This document shows, piece by piece, positions 39,768 to 49,834 of a stretch of DNA of 64,000 nt. A program made the position numbers and the translations under genes. Position 1 is the first letter of the stretch, and each line of letters begins with the position of its first letter. Source of the stretch: Bacteroidota bacterium (lineage in GTDB: Bacteria; Bacteroidota; Bacteroidia; Bacteroidales; CAIXZF01). The DNA lies in NCBI GenBank assembly GCA_037132075.1, contig JBAXPV010000009.1, forward strand, positions 45,168-109,167, read 5' to 3'. Below the pieces are notes generated by a model, which was not told the origin of the DNA, made no database searches, and was given only the letters and a program-made list of their open reading frames with translations.

Positions 39768-40670
39768 ATGATAAAAACAGTACTTTGTCTCTCCTTCCTT
39801 TTTTTCGGCATCGCTGGCTTTTCGCAGCCCTATATCGACATAGCAGATGTTCAATATCAGCTGTTCACACGTGCGGCTTACAAAGACGCTCCGAGTTCAA
39901 ATGCTGCAACTTCTTTGTTTAAAGCGGGTGTGACATTTCCGTTTCAAATGAAAAATGGGAATGTAATTCTTGGTGGTTTTGAGCACCTTCATCATCATTT
40001 TGATTATGATTCTGTGACGCATAGCTATGGGAATGACCTGTATTCCAATGAGATGCATATCGGGTTTAAGCATGACATGAAAGATCCTGCATGGAACTAT
40101 GTTGTGATGGGTATTGCAAAAATCAACGCAGATCTTGTGTCCGTGAGAGGTACTGACTGGCAAGCCGGAGGGGCTGTCTTATTTACCTGGAAGAAGCGGG
40201 AAGCACTGAAATGGAAGTTTGGATTGTATTATAACCGTGAGTTTTTCGGGAATTATTTTATGGCACTGCTGGGTATTGAATGGAAAGTCAATAAACGACT
40301 TAACATATTTGGCACATTGCCAGCCGCCATGAATATTGAATACAGACTGCATCCGAAATGGACTGCTGGTTTGGCCTACCGTAGCGTTAATTCATCCTAC
40401 AGAACAAAAGACAATCCCGGAGACATGTATGTTTTGGAAGGTCATAAAATTTGGGCTGATAACCAGATTTCTGCGGTCATTAACTACTATCCCTTTAAAA
40501 ATCTAACCGCCTACATTGGCGTTGGACAAACGGTTTTTCGTTATTTTCAGACGTATAACTCGATTCATATTAAAACATCAGCTGATCCATCTCTATTACC
40601 CTTTAAAAATCAGCAGTTTGTTTATTTTGGCTTGGCCTTCAGGGTCAGATTCGACCAGGAAAAAAACTAA
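39768..40670 (+). CDS. Putative outer-membrane beta-barrel protein (DUF6268-like)
   Basis: 300 aa with signal peptide ...GIAGFSQ. Alternating aromatic/hydrophobic beta-strand pattern, ending in FGLAFRVRF plus a short tail. Confidence 0.45.
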   Translation: MIKTVLCLSFLFFGIAGFSQPYIDIADVQYQLFTRAAYKDAPSSNAATSLFKAGVTFPFQMKNGNVILGGFEHLHHHFDYDSVTHSYGNDLYSNEMHIGFKHDMKDPAWNYVVMGIAKINADLVSVRGTDWQAGGAVLFTWKKREALKWKFGLYYNREFFGNYFMALLGIEWKVNKRLNIFGTLPAAMNIEYRLHPKWTAGLAYRSVNSSYRTKDNPGDMYVLEGHKIWADNQISAVINYYPFKNLTAYIGVGQTVFRYFQTYNSIHIKTSADPSLLPFKNQQFVYFGLAFRVRFDQEKN

Positions 40671-40687
40671 CCTTTTAACATTAAATT

Positions 40688-41995
40688 ATGAGCAAAACTG
40701 CTGATATTTCCCCTATCAAAATAGGGGATCCCAAGGTTATCAATGGCTGGGTCATGTACGATTGGGCCAATTCAGTTTACCAGTTAACCATCGCTTCTGC
40801 AGTATTCCCCATTTATTACAGCGCTGTAACCCGCGCCGGCGGCTCAGATGTCGTCGATTTCTTTGGGTTTCATATCATAAACACCGTATTATATTCCTGG
40901 GGAATCGCCGCAGCTTATCTTTTCCTGGCGATTTTGACGCCACTGTGGTCTTCAATCGCTGATTATACCGGGCGCAGGAAAGCTTTTATGCAAGTGTTCA
41001 CCCTGATAGGGGGCATAAGTTGTGCCACACTCTTTTTCTTTAATAAAGACAATATTGAACTTGGCATTCTATCCTTCTTTTTTGCCTGGATCGGTTATGG
41101 TGGCAGCCTGGTATTTTACAATTCTTTTTTGCCTTTAATTGCTGCTCCTGAAGACCAGGATAGAATTAGTGCCCGGGGTTATTCTATGGGTTACCTTGGC
41201 GGTGTTACTTTGTTGATTATAAATCTGATATTTATCCTGAAGCCAGGATGGTTTGGCATCACTGATACCAGCTTCCCAGCCAGGTTAGCCTTCCTCACTG
41301 TCGGCATTTGGTGGATTGGTTTTGCACAGATCACTTTTAAGGTTCTTCCTAAATATACTTTCGGTCAAAAGCAAGGTGGGAATGTCATCATGAAAGGCTA
41401 TCAGGAGCTTAGGACTGTTTGGAACTTTGTCAAACATTCCAGGAAGATGACTTTGTACCTGGCTTCGTATTTTTTCATGACAAGCGGTATTTTAACCGTG
41501 ATGTTTATGGCAGCCACTTACGGTGAAAAGCAACTCAAACTTGGCAATGCAGTCTTGATCGGCACGATACTGTGTATACAGTTGTTGGGCGTGGCCGGTG
41601 CCTGGTCTTTCGCCAGGATCTCAAAAAAATTAGGCAATATAAATACCTTGCTTATATCAGTATCAGCCTGGGTGATAATCTGTTATGCTGCATATATGAT
41701 CACGGATGCTGTAGGATTTATGATCGTGGCCTGCTGTGTGGGAATCGTGATGGGAGGTTCTCAATCTCTGGCACGTTCAACCTGGTCAAAGATGTTACCT
41801 GAGACAGAAGACCATACATCTTATTTCAGCTTTTTCGATGTCATGGAAAAACTAGCCACCGTTGCCGGAACCTTTAGTTTTGGAATTATGGAAGCGATCA
41901 CTGGAAATATGAGAGCTTCTGTGCTATCTGTTGTAGTCTTTTTCCTATTCGGATTGTTTTTCCTTGTGCTGGTGAAGAGATTTGAGAAAAGGTAA
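40688..41995 (+). CDS. MFS transporter, UMF1 (Atg22-like) family
   Basis: 435 aa with about 12 TM helices. N-terminal motif GWVMYDWANSVYQLTI..AVFPIYY is typical of the UMF1 family. Confidence 0.75.
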   Translation: MSKTADISPIKIGDPKVINGWVMYDWANSVYQLTIASAVFPIYYSAVTRAGGSDVVDFFGFHIINTVLYSWGIAAAYLFLAILTPLWSSIADYTGRRKAFMQVFTLIGGISCATLFFFNKDNIELGILSFFFAWIGYGGSLVFYNSFLPLIAAPEDQDRISARGYSMGYLGGVTLLIINLIFILKPGWFGITDTSFPARLAFLTVGIWWIGFAQITFKVLPKYTFGQKQGGNVIMKGYQELRTVWNFVKHSRKMTLYLASYFFMTSGILTVMFMAATYGEKQLKLGNAVLIGTILCIQLLGVAGAWSFARISKKLGNINTLLISVSAWVIICYAAYMITDAVGFMIVACCVGIVMGGSQSLARSTWSKMLPETEDHTSYFSFFDVMEKLATVAGTFSFGIMEAITGNMRASVLSVVVFFLFGLFFLVLVKRFEKR

Positions 41996-42010
41996 GGCCT
42001 GGATTTAAGG

Positions 42011-43729
42011 TTATTTCCAGCCCTGTAAGTCTTCCAGCTTCAGTGGCGTTATCTCCAGTTTCATTTTCTTTCGCATCCCATTCAGGTCGTTGAAGAGCTT
42101 ATTGACATTCGCCAGGCGAAGCTGATCCAAGTTTATAATGCCCAGTTTGGTAAGGATGGGCACCCAAGCTTCCGGAATATTACTTCCTGCAAAACCGTGA
42201 TCAACATCTTTTGTTTGATTGTCAATAACTTCTGGTCGCATTTGCGGGAAAAACAAGACTTCCTGGATAGAGGAAGAATTGGTCATGATCATACTCAAAC
42301 GGTCAATGCCGATACCCAAACCTGCAGTCGGGGGCATCCCATATTCCAGGGCACGTAAAAAATCTTCATCGAGAACCATTGACTCCTGGTCACCACGACG
42401 GCCTAACTCCAGCTGATCTTCAAATCGTTTTCGCTGATCGATAGGGTCATTCAATTCAGAAAAAGCATTACAGATTTCTTTCCCGTTACAAATGGCTTCG
42501 AAACGTTCTACCAGGCCTGGCTTGGAGCGGTGTTTCTTGGCAAGCGGCGACATCTCTACCGGATAATCCGTGATGAATGTCGGTTGAATCAGTTTTCCTT
42601 CGCAACATTCACCAAAAATCTCATCAATCAGTTTCCCTTTTCCCATCGAAGCATCCACTTCAATTTTAAAGGTTTTTGCTGTGGCAACCAGTTGATCTTC
42701 ATTCATCTGGCTGATGTCAACACCGGTATAATGGTCAATCGCCTCAAACATGGTAAAGCGCTTCCAGGGTCTCTGGAAGTTTATTTCATGGGCACCAACT
42801 GTAACGGTGGTCTTTCCGTGAAGTGCAAGAACAATATTTTCAACCATTTCTTCAACCAGGTTCATCATCCATTCATAATCCTTGTAAGCAACATAAAGCT
42901 CCATCTGGGTGAACTCAGGGTTGTGAAAACGGTCCATCCCTTCATTCCTGAAGTCTTTTGAAAATTCAAAGACCCCATCGTAACCGCCTACAATTAAGCG
43001 CTTTAGGTAGAGTTCGTTGGCGATTCTAAGGTACAGCGTCATGTCCAGGCTGTTGTGATGTGTCTTGAAAGGCCTGGCGGCGGCACCCCCATACAATGGC
43101 TGCAAAATAGGTGTTTCTACTTCAAGATAGCCGCGGCTTGTCAGGTAATTACGCATGGAATTCACCAGGGCTGTTCTTTTAATAAAGATATCGCGGACCT
43201 GGGGATTCACAATGAGGTCAACATAACGTTGGCGATACCGCAACTCCGGATCAGTAAAGGCATCGAAAACCGCGTCGACTGTTTCTTTTACTACAGGTAG
43301 CGGACGAATTGATTTACAGAGCACCGTAAATTCTTTCACGTGGATGGTGATTTCTCCCATCTGGGTGGTAAAGACAAAACCTTTGATCCCGATGATATCC
43401 CCGATATCTAAAAGCTTCTTAAAGACGGTGTTATACATTGATTTATCCTCGCCCGGACATATGTCGTCGCGTTTGAAATACAATTGTATCCTGCCTTTCT
43501 CATCCTGTAATTCCGTAAAGGATGCGGCTCCCATGATACGACGGCTCATGATACGACCCGCAATGCTGATATCCTGATAAAGCGTATTGTCGCCGGGAAA
43601 GTTTTTAAGGATGTCGGCCGAAGTGACATCGACGGGGTAAGTAGCTGCAGGAAAGGGATCTATCCCTGATTTCTGCAATTCAAGCATCGCATTTCTGCGG
43701 AATATTTCCTGATCTGAAAGATGGTCCAT
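42011..43729 (-). CDS. lysS: Lysine--tRNA ligase (class II, with the C-terminal extension common in Bacteroidota)
   Basis: 572 aa from ATG 43729 ([12 protein letters not shown]...). Class II motifs [20 protein letters not shown] and GLGIGIDRL. The longer ORF-track start at 43771 would place the -7 box at 43749-43756 inside the coding sequence. Confidence 0.93.
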   Translation of the reverse strand: MDHLSDQEIFRRNAMLELQKSGIDPFPAATYPVDVTSADILKNFPGDNTLYQDISIAGRIMSRRIMGAASFTELQDEKGRIQLYFKRDDICPGEDKSMYNTVFKKLLDIGDIIGIKGFVFTTQMGEITIHVKEFTVLCKSIRPLPVVKETVDAVFDAFTDPELRYRQRYVDLIVNPQVRDIFIKRTALVNSMRNYLTSRGYLEVETPILQPLYGGAAARPFKTHHNSLDMTLYLRIANELYLKRLIVGGYDGVFEFSKDFRNEGMDRFHNPEFTQMELYVAYKDYEWMMNLVEEMVENIVLALHGKTTVTVGAHEINFQRPWKRFTMFEAIDHYTGVDISQMNEDQLVATAKTFKIEVDASMGKGKLIDEIFGECCEGKLIQPTFITDYPVEMSPLAKKHRSKPGLVERFEAICNGKEICNAFSELNDPIDQRKRFEDQLELGRRGDQESMVLDEDFLRALEYGMPPTAGLGIGIDRLSMIMTNSSSIQEVLFFPQMRPEVIDNQTKDVDHGFAGSNIPEAWVPILTKLGIINLDQLRLANVNKLFNDLNGMRKKMKLEITPLKLEDLQGWK

Positions 43730-43748
43730 AGCACTGTTTAAAGGGCTG

Positions 43749-43756
43749 CAAAGGTA
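43749..43756 (-). promoter_or_regulatory. -7 box TACCTTTG for lysS
   Basis: Perfect TAnnTTTG on the minus strand, 19 nt upstream of ATG 43729 and just downstream of the recO stop. Confidence 0.45.
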
Positions 43757-43767
43757 AAAAGAAATGA

Positions 43768-44496
43768 TCAACCCAGAACTTGTTCCAGGATATGATGCGA
43801 TTGAATATTTCCAAAACCTTGAAGATGAATACGATAATAATCCATCAATCCCATTAGCAGGTTTTTCCTTTGTTGATTATTAATAGAAATTTCCGACATA
43901 TTCTCCCAACTTGCTGAGGAGTATTGAAACAAAACCTGGCTGATCTCTTTTGTAAGATAGTATTGATGCAGGGGTGGCGTATTCACATATACACCTTCAA
44001 CCAAATCAAAATAAGGGTGTTGTAGATCCCAATTGCCGGAAGGGTAAAAGCCCAGGTATTTCGAGTATTGAACACAAAAACATAGATGAAAAGTGTTCAG
44101 ATGAGCCGTAGCTTCATCTAAGCGGACAATGGAATCAAAGAGAAAATTAAAAAGTTCTGCGTTGGTTTCTTCTTCTTTTAAAGCTTTGTAAATTACTTCA
44201 TTGAGGAAGATTGCCAGGGAGCTTTTTCGTATGTCGAAAGGAATATGGGTAAAGGGAAAGGCTGCATGAATCTCTTTGATATGCTGAAGGTTTCCAAGTT
44301 CTTTATGATAAACGACCAGCTCCAGCAGGGAGAGATGCTGTAATAAGGCAGGGCTGATCAGTGGTTTCTTTTTCCTGACACCTTTGACGAGATAAGATTG
44401 AATCCCAAATAGTTCAGTATAAACTTTTAGAATGACACTACTTTCTGAATAGTTGACCTTATGCAGAACGATCCCTCTGGTTTTGTGCAGGCTCAA
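43768..44496 (-). CDS. recO: DNA repair protein RecO
   Basis: 242 aa. The OB-fold N-terminus [32 protein letters not shown] is typical of RecO. Confidence 0.88.
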   Translation of the reverse strand: MSLHKTRGIVLHKVNYSESSVILKVYTELFGIQSYLVKGVRKKKPLISPALLQHLSLLELVVYHKELGNLQHIKEIHAAFPFTHIPFDIRKSSLAIFLNEVIYKALKEEETNAELFNFLFDSIVRLDEATAHLNTFHLCFCVQYSKYLGFYPSGNWDLQHPYFDLVEGVYVNTPPLHQYYLTKEISQVLFQYSSASWENMSEISINNQQRKNLLMGLMDYYRIHLQGFGNIQSHHILEQVLG

Positions 44497-44505
44497 ACCT
44501 TTAAG

Positions 44506-46854
44506 TTAATTGAGGAACAGGATTTTGGTAACGCAGGTTTCAGAACCGTCCTCATTGGAGACAAAAACAAGGTACACACCGCTACCAGCTTTTCTTCCGT
44601 CAAAGTTTCGGCCATTCCAGATTGCCTGTCCGCCTTCAGCAGTAGTTTGGTAAATCAGTCCACCGCCAATATCGGTTATTTTGACATTGGCATTGCTTAC
44701 CAGTCCTTTGATGGCAATAGAACCTGAATAGCCGGGTTCAACAGGGTTCGGGTAAACCAAAACGCTGCTGTTATTCTCACTGCCTTCCGTGGCAGTACTT
44801 TTATAAGAAACGATGCCTTTATCAGTACCAAAAAACACTTCTCCATTTTCCGGATTGATGGTAATGGCAGAAATAGTATTGGATAATAAGGGGCTATTTT
44901 CCTTGCTAAAATGCAAAATCTGTTTTGATCCGTCGGGCGACATTAAAAAGACCCCAGCACGATCGGTCCCAAACCATTTCCTGTTGGCGCCATCGATGGC
45001 TATTGCAGTAACGGCCTCTGTTTCAAGCAGATATTGAGTGTAGCCGCCAATGGTGATAAAAACTTTCTGCGCATCAAAATTCTGACCCGTAAAAACATTC
45101 TCAGGGGCATAGAAAACAGCAACGCCCTGGTCAGTCCCCAACCACACTTGCCCGTCTTTATCGCAGGCAATGCTAAAAACCTGGGTTCCAGGGATATTGC
45201 CTAAAGAAATTCCGCTGGTGAGCTTTCTGGCATGGTCGTCGTTGGGATTCGTTAAAGTGTAATTATCCGAATAAACAAGCAAGGAATTACCCCTGAGTAA
45301 TACCCATTTCTGGTTATAATGGTCGATGATCATCTTGCCCATGTCGATAGCTTCAGTCCCGGGGTATAAATTCCCCAGGTCAAATGACATCCACTGACCA
45401 CCTGGATATCTCTTGACGCTTAATACGTTGGGTGCACTGGAATTGCTTACCCACAAATTGTTGTCAGCATCAAAAGCGAGTCCGCCAACCCAGGCCTTCC
45501 AGTCAGGGTATCCAACCACTGGCTGCAACGAACTGTTCTTGGAATTATAGACATTTTTGATCTTCCCGTCATACAACTCAACCAGGCCATTGCCCCAGGA
45601 TCCGGCATAGACCCGTTTTGAATCACTGGGGTCGACAGCGACGGTAAGCAAGTCGCGAATACTGTCCATACCCGGATTTGACTGCCTGTTGGCACTGGAC
45701 CAGGATTCATCCTGAAATGAATAGATGGCACCCAGGTCCCAGTTACTGCCCCAGGAAGGGTTCCTGCCACCCGGAACCACAGCAAGGTGCCCGGAAGCGA
45801 ATGCCATGTCGAAAACCTTTGCTCCAAGCGGACCATTGGGGAGAATCCGCTTAAAAGTCCAGGTGTTGTAATTTTCTACCAAAGCCTGGGCTTTGTCTGC
45901 AATCCATAAATGCCCGTCAGCTGAGATAATGGCAGCACTTGGCTGCGGGGAATAGGTAGTATCATCCAGGTTGTAAACGTACAGATGAAGCAAAGGCGCC
46001 AGATTGGAATCCTTGATGTCAACAAAATCTGCGTTTACCAATAACAGCTTATCCCCAAATGTCTTGATTTCACTTCGGGTAGAAGAATTATACTTGTCCA
46101 GGTAATCCCATCCCATACCTGTTTTAATAAACATCGTGTCATTGTTATAATTATCTGAATGTTTATTTACGATAAGATTTCCTTTGAAATAAGCGACAGC
46201 ATTGTATTTCTCGTTTGGAGTAAGGATATTTTCATCATGTGTCCAGGAAGCAAAGTTAGAGAGGTTCTGTCCACTAAGTAAAGCTGAAAAGATCCCTTTC
46301 TCAGTGGCCACAAAAAGGCTGGTCCCGTCGCTGGCCAGGTCGAATACCGCCAGTGGAGCACCTTCCGGTCCCAGGTAATAAGTCTCTTTGATTTCCATTT
46401 TAGCGATATCCACAACAACAACGCCGAAACCACAGCATAAATAGGCAAGCTTGTCAATGCAAATGATTTTGTAAATGTTCTTATTCCCTAAAATAGCCTT
46501 CCGTTTGATGTCGGAAAGATTGGTTACTTTATTGTCGGTGATCAGGTCGATATTCGCATTGGTATAAGAAACGACCAGAGTCTTGCTTGCAGAACACCAG
46601 GCAATGTCGCTTAAACCGACATCTGAAAGACTGTTAATTTTCGTCATGCGTGCGATGCTGTTGTCATCACGGTCATAATAAAAGATGCCATAGGCAGTGG
46701 CCGTATAAATGCGCGACCCTGCTTCTGCAACTGCAATACAATTATTATAAGGTAGATGTTCTCTCCAATCGCCAATGGGCATTACCTGGGCGAAAAGCGA
46801 AGCCCGGCAAACAGTGATCCCTATTAAAAAAACAATCCGGGTAAAGTACTTCAT
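44506..46854 (-). CDS. Two-beta-propeller (Reg_prop repeat) protein with a T9SS C-terminal domain; PorZ-like architecture
   Basis: 782 aa from ATG 46854 (MKYFTRIVFLIGITVCRASLFAQ; the ORF track starts at TTG 46875). Repeated Reg_prop-type motifs (DGQVWLGTDQGVAVF, ANRKWFGTDRAGVFL, NGEVFFGTDKGIVSY). C-terminal domain VLVYPNPVEPGYSGSIAI...GVYLVFV. The size and architecture match published PorZ (two propellers plus a C-terminal domain). Confidence 0.6.
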   Translation of the reverse strand: MKYFTRIVFLIGITVCRASLFAQVMPIGDWREHLPYNNCIAVAEAGSRIYTATAYGIFYYDRDDNSIARMTKINSLSDVGLSDIAWCSASKTLVVSYTNANIDLITDNKVTNLSDIKRKAILGNKNIYKIICIDKLAYLCCGFGVVVVDIAKMEIKETYYLGPEGAPLAVFDLASDGTSLFVATEKGIFSALLSGQNLSNFASWTHDENILTPNEKYNAVAYFKGNLIVNKHSDNYNNDTMFIKTGMGWDYLDKYNSSTRSEIKTFGDKLLLVNADFVDIKDSNLAPLLHLYVYNLDDTTYSPQPSAAIISADGHLWIADKAQALVENYNTWTFKRILPNGPLGAKVFDMAFASGHLAVVPGGRNPSWGSNWDLGAIYSFQDESWSSANRQSNPGMDSIRDLLTVAVDPSDSKRVYAGSWGNGLVELYDGKIKNVYNSKNSSLQPVVGYPDWKAWVGGLAFDADNNLWVSNSSAPNVLSVKRYPGGQWMSFDLGNLYPGTEAIDMGKMIIDHYNQKWVLLRGNSLLVYSDNYTLTNPNDDHARKLTSGISLGNIPGTQVFSIACDKDGQVWLGTDQGVAVFYAPENVFTGQNFDAQKVFITIGGYTQYLLETEAVTAIAIDGANRKWFGTDRAGVFLMSPDGSKQILHFSKENSPLLSNTISAITINPENGEVFFGTDKGIVSYKSTATEGSENNSSVLVYPNPVEPGYSGSIAIKGLVSNANVKITDIGGGLIYQTTAEGGQAIWNGRNFDGRKAGSGVYLVFVSNEDGSETCVTKILFLN

Positions 46855-46872
46855 TTCTTGATTTTTCAGTTG

Positions 46873-46880
46873 CAAACCTA
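46873..46880 (-). promoter_or_regulatory. -7 box TAGGTTTG for the PorZ-like/recO unit
   Basis: Perfect TAnnTTTG on the minus strand, 18 nt upstream of ATG 46854. It overlaps the TTG-46875 alternative start, which supports 46854. Confidence 0.5.
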
Positions 46881-46940
46881 AGTATAATTCTCGTATCGCA
46901 GATAACTGAAAAATTTGGGAAATATTGCTGAGCGATTATA

Positions 46941-47438
46941 CTACTTACGTTCCTCCTTAATAATCTTTATTTGTTTTTCATGCCTGGAATCCGGACATGA
47001 AGGAGGCATCATAATCATCATGTCGTCATTGGTTTCTATGGTGATTTTTTTACCGTGCTTTTTGTTTTTTATCTCAAATTTTGTGATCTGACCCCATGGA
47101 GTCATGCCCATGCCAAAAGGAAATGGGTCACTTGGGTTAAAATCACCCCCGGGCATATTTTTTAACACCATAATTCTCTTACAATTCCCGACCATCCCTT
47201 CCTGTGGAATGTCCCCACCCATTAGCACCATCGTGTCTCCTTCAATAATAATTGTCGTGTCGTTCCTGCTGTTTTTCCCTTGGCCATCGTCCTTGGTGAT
47301 CCGGACCACAACTTTCGTTGTCGATTCTTCCTTGTTTTCTTTTTGTGTCTGAGCTACAGCTCCCTGAGTCAGTAAGCCAAAACCCAGGCTCACAATAATA
47401 TATTTGAAGCTTGCTGACAGAATATTTAATTTTCTCAT
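46941..47438 (-). CDS. Hypothetical secreted protein
   Basis: 165 aa with signal peptide ...TQGAVAQ. Met/Gly/Pro-rich centre and Lys-rich ends. I recognise no family. Confidence 0.5.
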   Translation of the reverse strand: MRKLNILSASFKYIIVSLGFGLLTQGAVAQTQKENKEESTTKVVVRITKDDGQGKNSRNDTTIIIEGDTMVLMGGDIPQEGMVGNCKRIMVLKNMPGGDFNPSDPFPFGMGMTPWGQITKFEIKNKKHGKKITIETNDDMMIMMPPSCPDSRHEKQIKIIKEERK

Positions 47439-47463
47439 TGTTGATGATTTTAATAATGATTAG

Positions 47464-47471
47464 CAAAGCTA
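47464..47471 (-). promoter_or_regulatory. -7 box TAGCTTTG for the 46941-47438 gene
   Basis: Perfect TAnnTTTG on the minus strand, 26 nt upstream of ATG 47438. Confidence 0.45.
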
Positions 47472-47486
47472 AGCATTTCGCGATTT

Positions 47487-47513
47487 GTTAAATTTGAACA
47501 ATAGTTAAATTTG
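47487..47513 (+). repeat. Direct repeat GTTAAATTTG x2 (17-nt register), each copy containing a TAAATTTG -7-type box, upstream of the sensor kinase operon
   Basis: Copies at 47487-47496 and 47504-47513 are identical over 10 nt. Confidence 0.5.
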
Positions 47514-47556
47514 GTTAAGGCTTCAAGAATCTTTCTTGCTGACAATTAGGTTTTTA

Positions 47557-47564
47557 TACTTTTG
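47557..47564 (+). promoter_or_regulatory. -7 box TACTTTTG ending 4 nt before the kinase ATG (possible leaderless transcript)
   Basis: The plus strand reads TACTTTTG-ACCT-ATG. Confidence 0.3.
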
Positions 47565-47568
47565 ACCT

Positions 47569-49137
47569 ATGAAAGGAAAATGGTTGTTGGTCCTGATTGT
47601 CCTGGGAAGCTTGGCAATGCTCGGCATTATTTTTGTCCAGCTGAGTTGGATTCGTAATGCGCTAAAAATCAGCCAGGAGAGCTTTAATACTTCCGTAAAT
47701 AATGCCCTCGTTAAAACGGTCGATAAGCTTGAAAAGAAAGAAGATGTGATTTTCATTACAGATAAATTCAACCTGAAACTGGATACCGGTTTGCCCTATC
47801 AAAATTCAAGCGCTGCCACACTAAGTCAAAAAGAAAAAAATAAAGCCATTGACAATGAAGTTGTTATAAAAAAATCAGATCCTGAATTACATGAGCGTAT
47901 TGTTACAAATCATGAAATCACTTCTTCAGCCCTCACCGAATCGTCTTCCAATAACGACCGTAAAATATTAATGACAGAAACGGATCGTTTTGCCAAAAGG
48001 ATCAATAAAATGAATGATGTGATCCGGGAAATCGTTGTCGAGGCTCAAAATAAAAACTTAAATATTGAAAACCGGCTCGACACCTTTAGCCTTCAGAAAG
48101 AACTGAACAAAGCGCTGCTCGACAACGGCATTCACTTACCCTATGAATTTGCGGTGATTCCTGCCGGAAAAGCAGCCCCACTAAATCTTCGTTCACGGAA
48201 TTTCGCTGACGAATACCGGAATAAGTCATTTAAAGTCAGCCTATTCCCTAATGACCTGATCGCGAAGTCTAATTATTTACTGGTCTATTTCCCAAATCAG
48301 AAGAATGAATTGGTGAAATCAATGTCGTGGCTGATGACATTGTCGCTGATCTTTACATTCACCTTGCTTGTCGTGTTTGTCATGACAATTCTTGCTGTGT
48401 TCAAACAGAAAAAGATCTCTGAGATCAAAACGGACTTTATCAACAACATGACCCATGAATTTAAAACCCCGCTGGCAACGATTTCACTTGCCGTGGATTC
48501 TATCAACAATGCCAAAGTGATTGAGGACCCTGCCCTTATTCGGAATTACACCCAGGTGATCCGTGAAGAAAACAAACGCATGAATGCCCATGTTGAGCAG
48601 GTACTTCAGATGGCTTTATTTGATCGTCACGAGTTTAGTTTTGATTTGGCCAGGCTTGAGATGAACCTCCTCCTTAAAAAAGCCGTAGGGAGCATCAGGC
48701 TTCAGGTTGAGAAAAACCAGGGAAGCATCAGCCTGGAATTAAACGCAACGAAAGATACTGTTCTGGGTGATCAGGTTCATCTCCTCAATTGTATCCTGAA
48801 CCTCCTGGACAATGCCAATAAATATTCTCCTGAGAAGCCAGAAATTTTGGTTTACACAATAAACCGTGACAAGATGATCGTTATAGGGATCTCAGATAAG
48901 GGAATTGGCATGTCGAAAGAGACCCAGAAACGGATTTTCGAGAAATTCTATCGGATTCCAACCGGAAACATCCACAATGTGAAAGGTTTCGGATTGGGAT
49001 TAAGTTATGCCAAAGCCATTATTGACGGGCATCACGGAAGTATTAGCGTATGGAGTGAGACTGGAAGTGGTACTCGTATTGAGATAGTTTTACCTTTACC
49101 GAAAGAAGATAGAAAATCTGTTATCCATGAATCATAA
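47569..49137 (+). CDS. Sensor histidine kinase (two TM helices flanking a ~230-aa extracytoplasmic region; HisKA plus HATPase_c)
   Basis: 522 aa. H-box NNMTHEFKTPLATI, N-box LLDNANKYS, G1 DKGIGM, G2 GFGLGLS. Confidence 0.9.
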   Translation: MKGKWLLVLIVLGSLAMLGIIFVQLSWIRNALKISQESFNTSVNNALVKTVDKLEKKEDVIFITDKFNLKLDTGLPYQNSSAATLSQKEKNKAIDNEVVIKKSDPELHERIVTNHEITSSALTESSSNNDRKILMTETDRFAKRINKMNDVIREIVVEAQNKNLNIENRLDTFSLQKELNKALLDNGIHLPYEFAVIPAGKAAPLNLRSRNFADEYRNKSFKVSLFPNDLIAKSNYLLVYFPNQKNELVKSMSWLMTLSLIFTFTLLVVFVMTILAVFKQKKISEIKTDFINNMTHEFKTPLATISLAVDSINNAKVIEDPALIRNYTQVIREENKRMNAHVEQVLQMALFDRHEFSFDLARLEMNLLLKKAVGSIRLQVEKNQGSISLELNATKDTVLGDQVHLLNCILNLLDNANKYSPEKPEILVYTINRDKMIVIGISDKGIGMSKETQKRIFEKFYRIPTGNIHNVKGFGLGLSYAKAIIDGHHGSISVWSETGSGTRIEIVLPLPKEDRKSVIHES

Positions 49138-49138
49138 G

Positions 49139-49828
49139 ATGAAAATTTTGTTGGCTGAGGATGACCTCAACTTTGGGTCAATCCTGAAGTCATACCTTGA
49201 ACTGAATGATTTTGAAGTAGTCCTCAAGACTAATGGCAAACTAGCCTGGGCCGAATTCTTTAAAGATAACTTCGACATCTGTATCCTTGACGTGATGATG
49301 CCCGAAATGGATGGTTTTGCCGTGGCTAAGGAGATCCGGGCCAGCGGAAAAGAAGTCCCGATTATCTTTTTGACCGCAAAGACCTTAAAGACGGACATGA
49401 TCCAGGGCTTTGAGATCGGCGCTGATGACTACATCACCAAACCCTTTGATTCAGAAATTCTTTTACTGAAAATCAAAGCCATTACCCGCCGTAATGACCA
49501 GCTGTCAAACAAACCACAGACCATCGCTGAGGAGATCAGCATAGGACAGTATGTCTTTAACTACAAACAAAGGATATTGTCGTTTTCGAACGTTAAAAAG
49601 AGTGTCACACCCAAAGAATCAGAACTACTCCGACTGCTTTGCCTGGCAGGTGATAATATACTCTCTAAAAAAGAAGCACTGATGAAGATCTGGGGCGACG
49701 ACAGCTATTTTGCTGCCCGCAGCATGGATGTCTTTATGGCCAGGATCCGGAAATACCTGAAAGATGACCCCAATGTTGAAATCCTTAGCGTTCATGGAAA
49801 TGGATATCGTCTCATCATTAAATCCTGA
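49139..49828 (+). CDS. OmpR/PhoB-type response regulator
   Basis: 229 aa from ATG 49139 (MKILLAEDD...). The alternative ATG at 49127 overlaps the kinase stop. The receiver domain has the phospho-Asp in ICILDVMMP, and a winged-helix C-domain follows (ESELLRLL...GNGYRL). Confidence 0.9.
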   Translation: MKILLAEDDLNFGSILKSYLELNDFEVVLKTNGKLAWAEFFKDNFDICILDVMMPEMDGFAVAKEIRASGKEVPIIFLTAKTLKTDMIQGFEIGADDYITKPFDSEILLLKIKAITRRNDQLSNKPQTIAEEISIGQYVFNYKQRILSFSNVKKSVTPKESELLRLLCLAGDNILSKKEALMKIWGDDSYFAARSMDVFMARIRKYLKDDPNVEILSVHGNGYRLIIKS

Positions 49829-49834
49829 TTTTCA

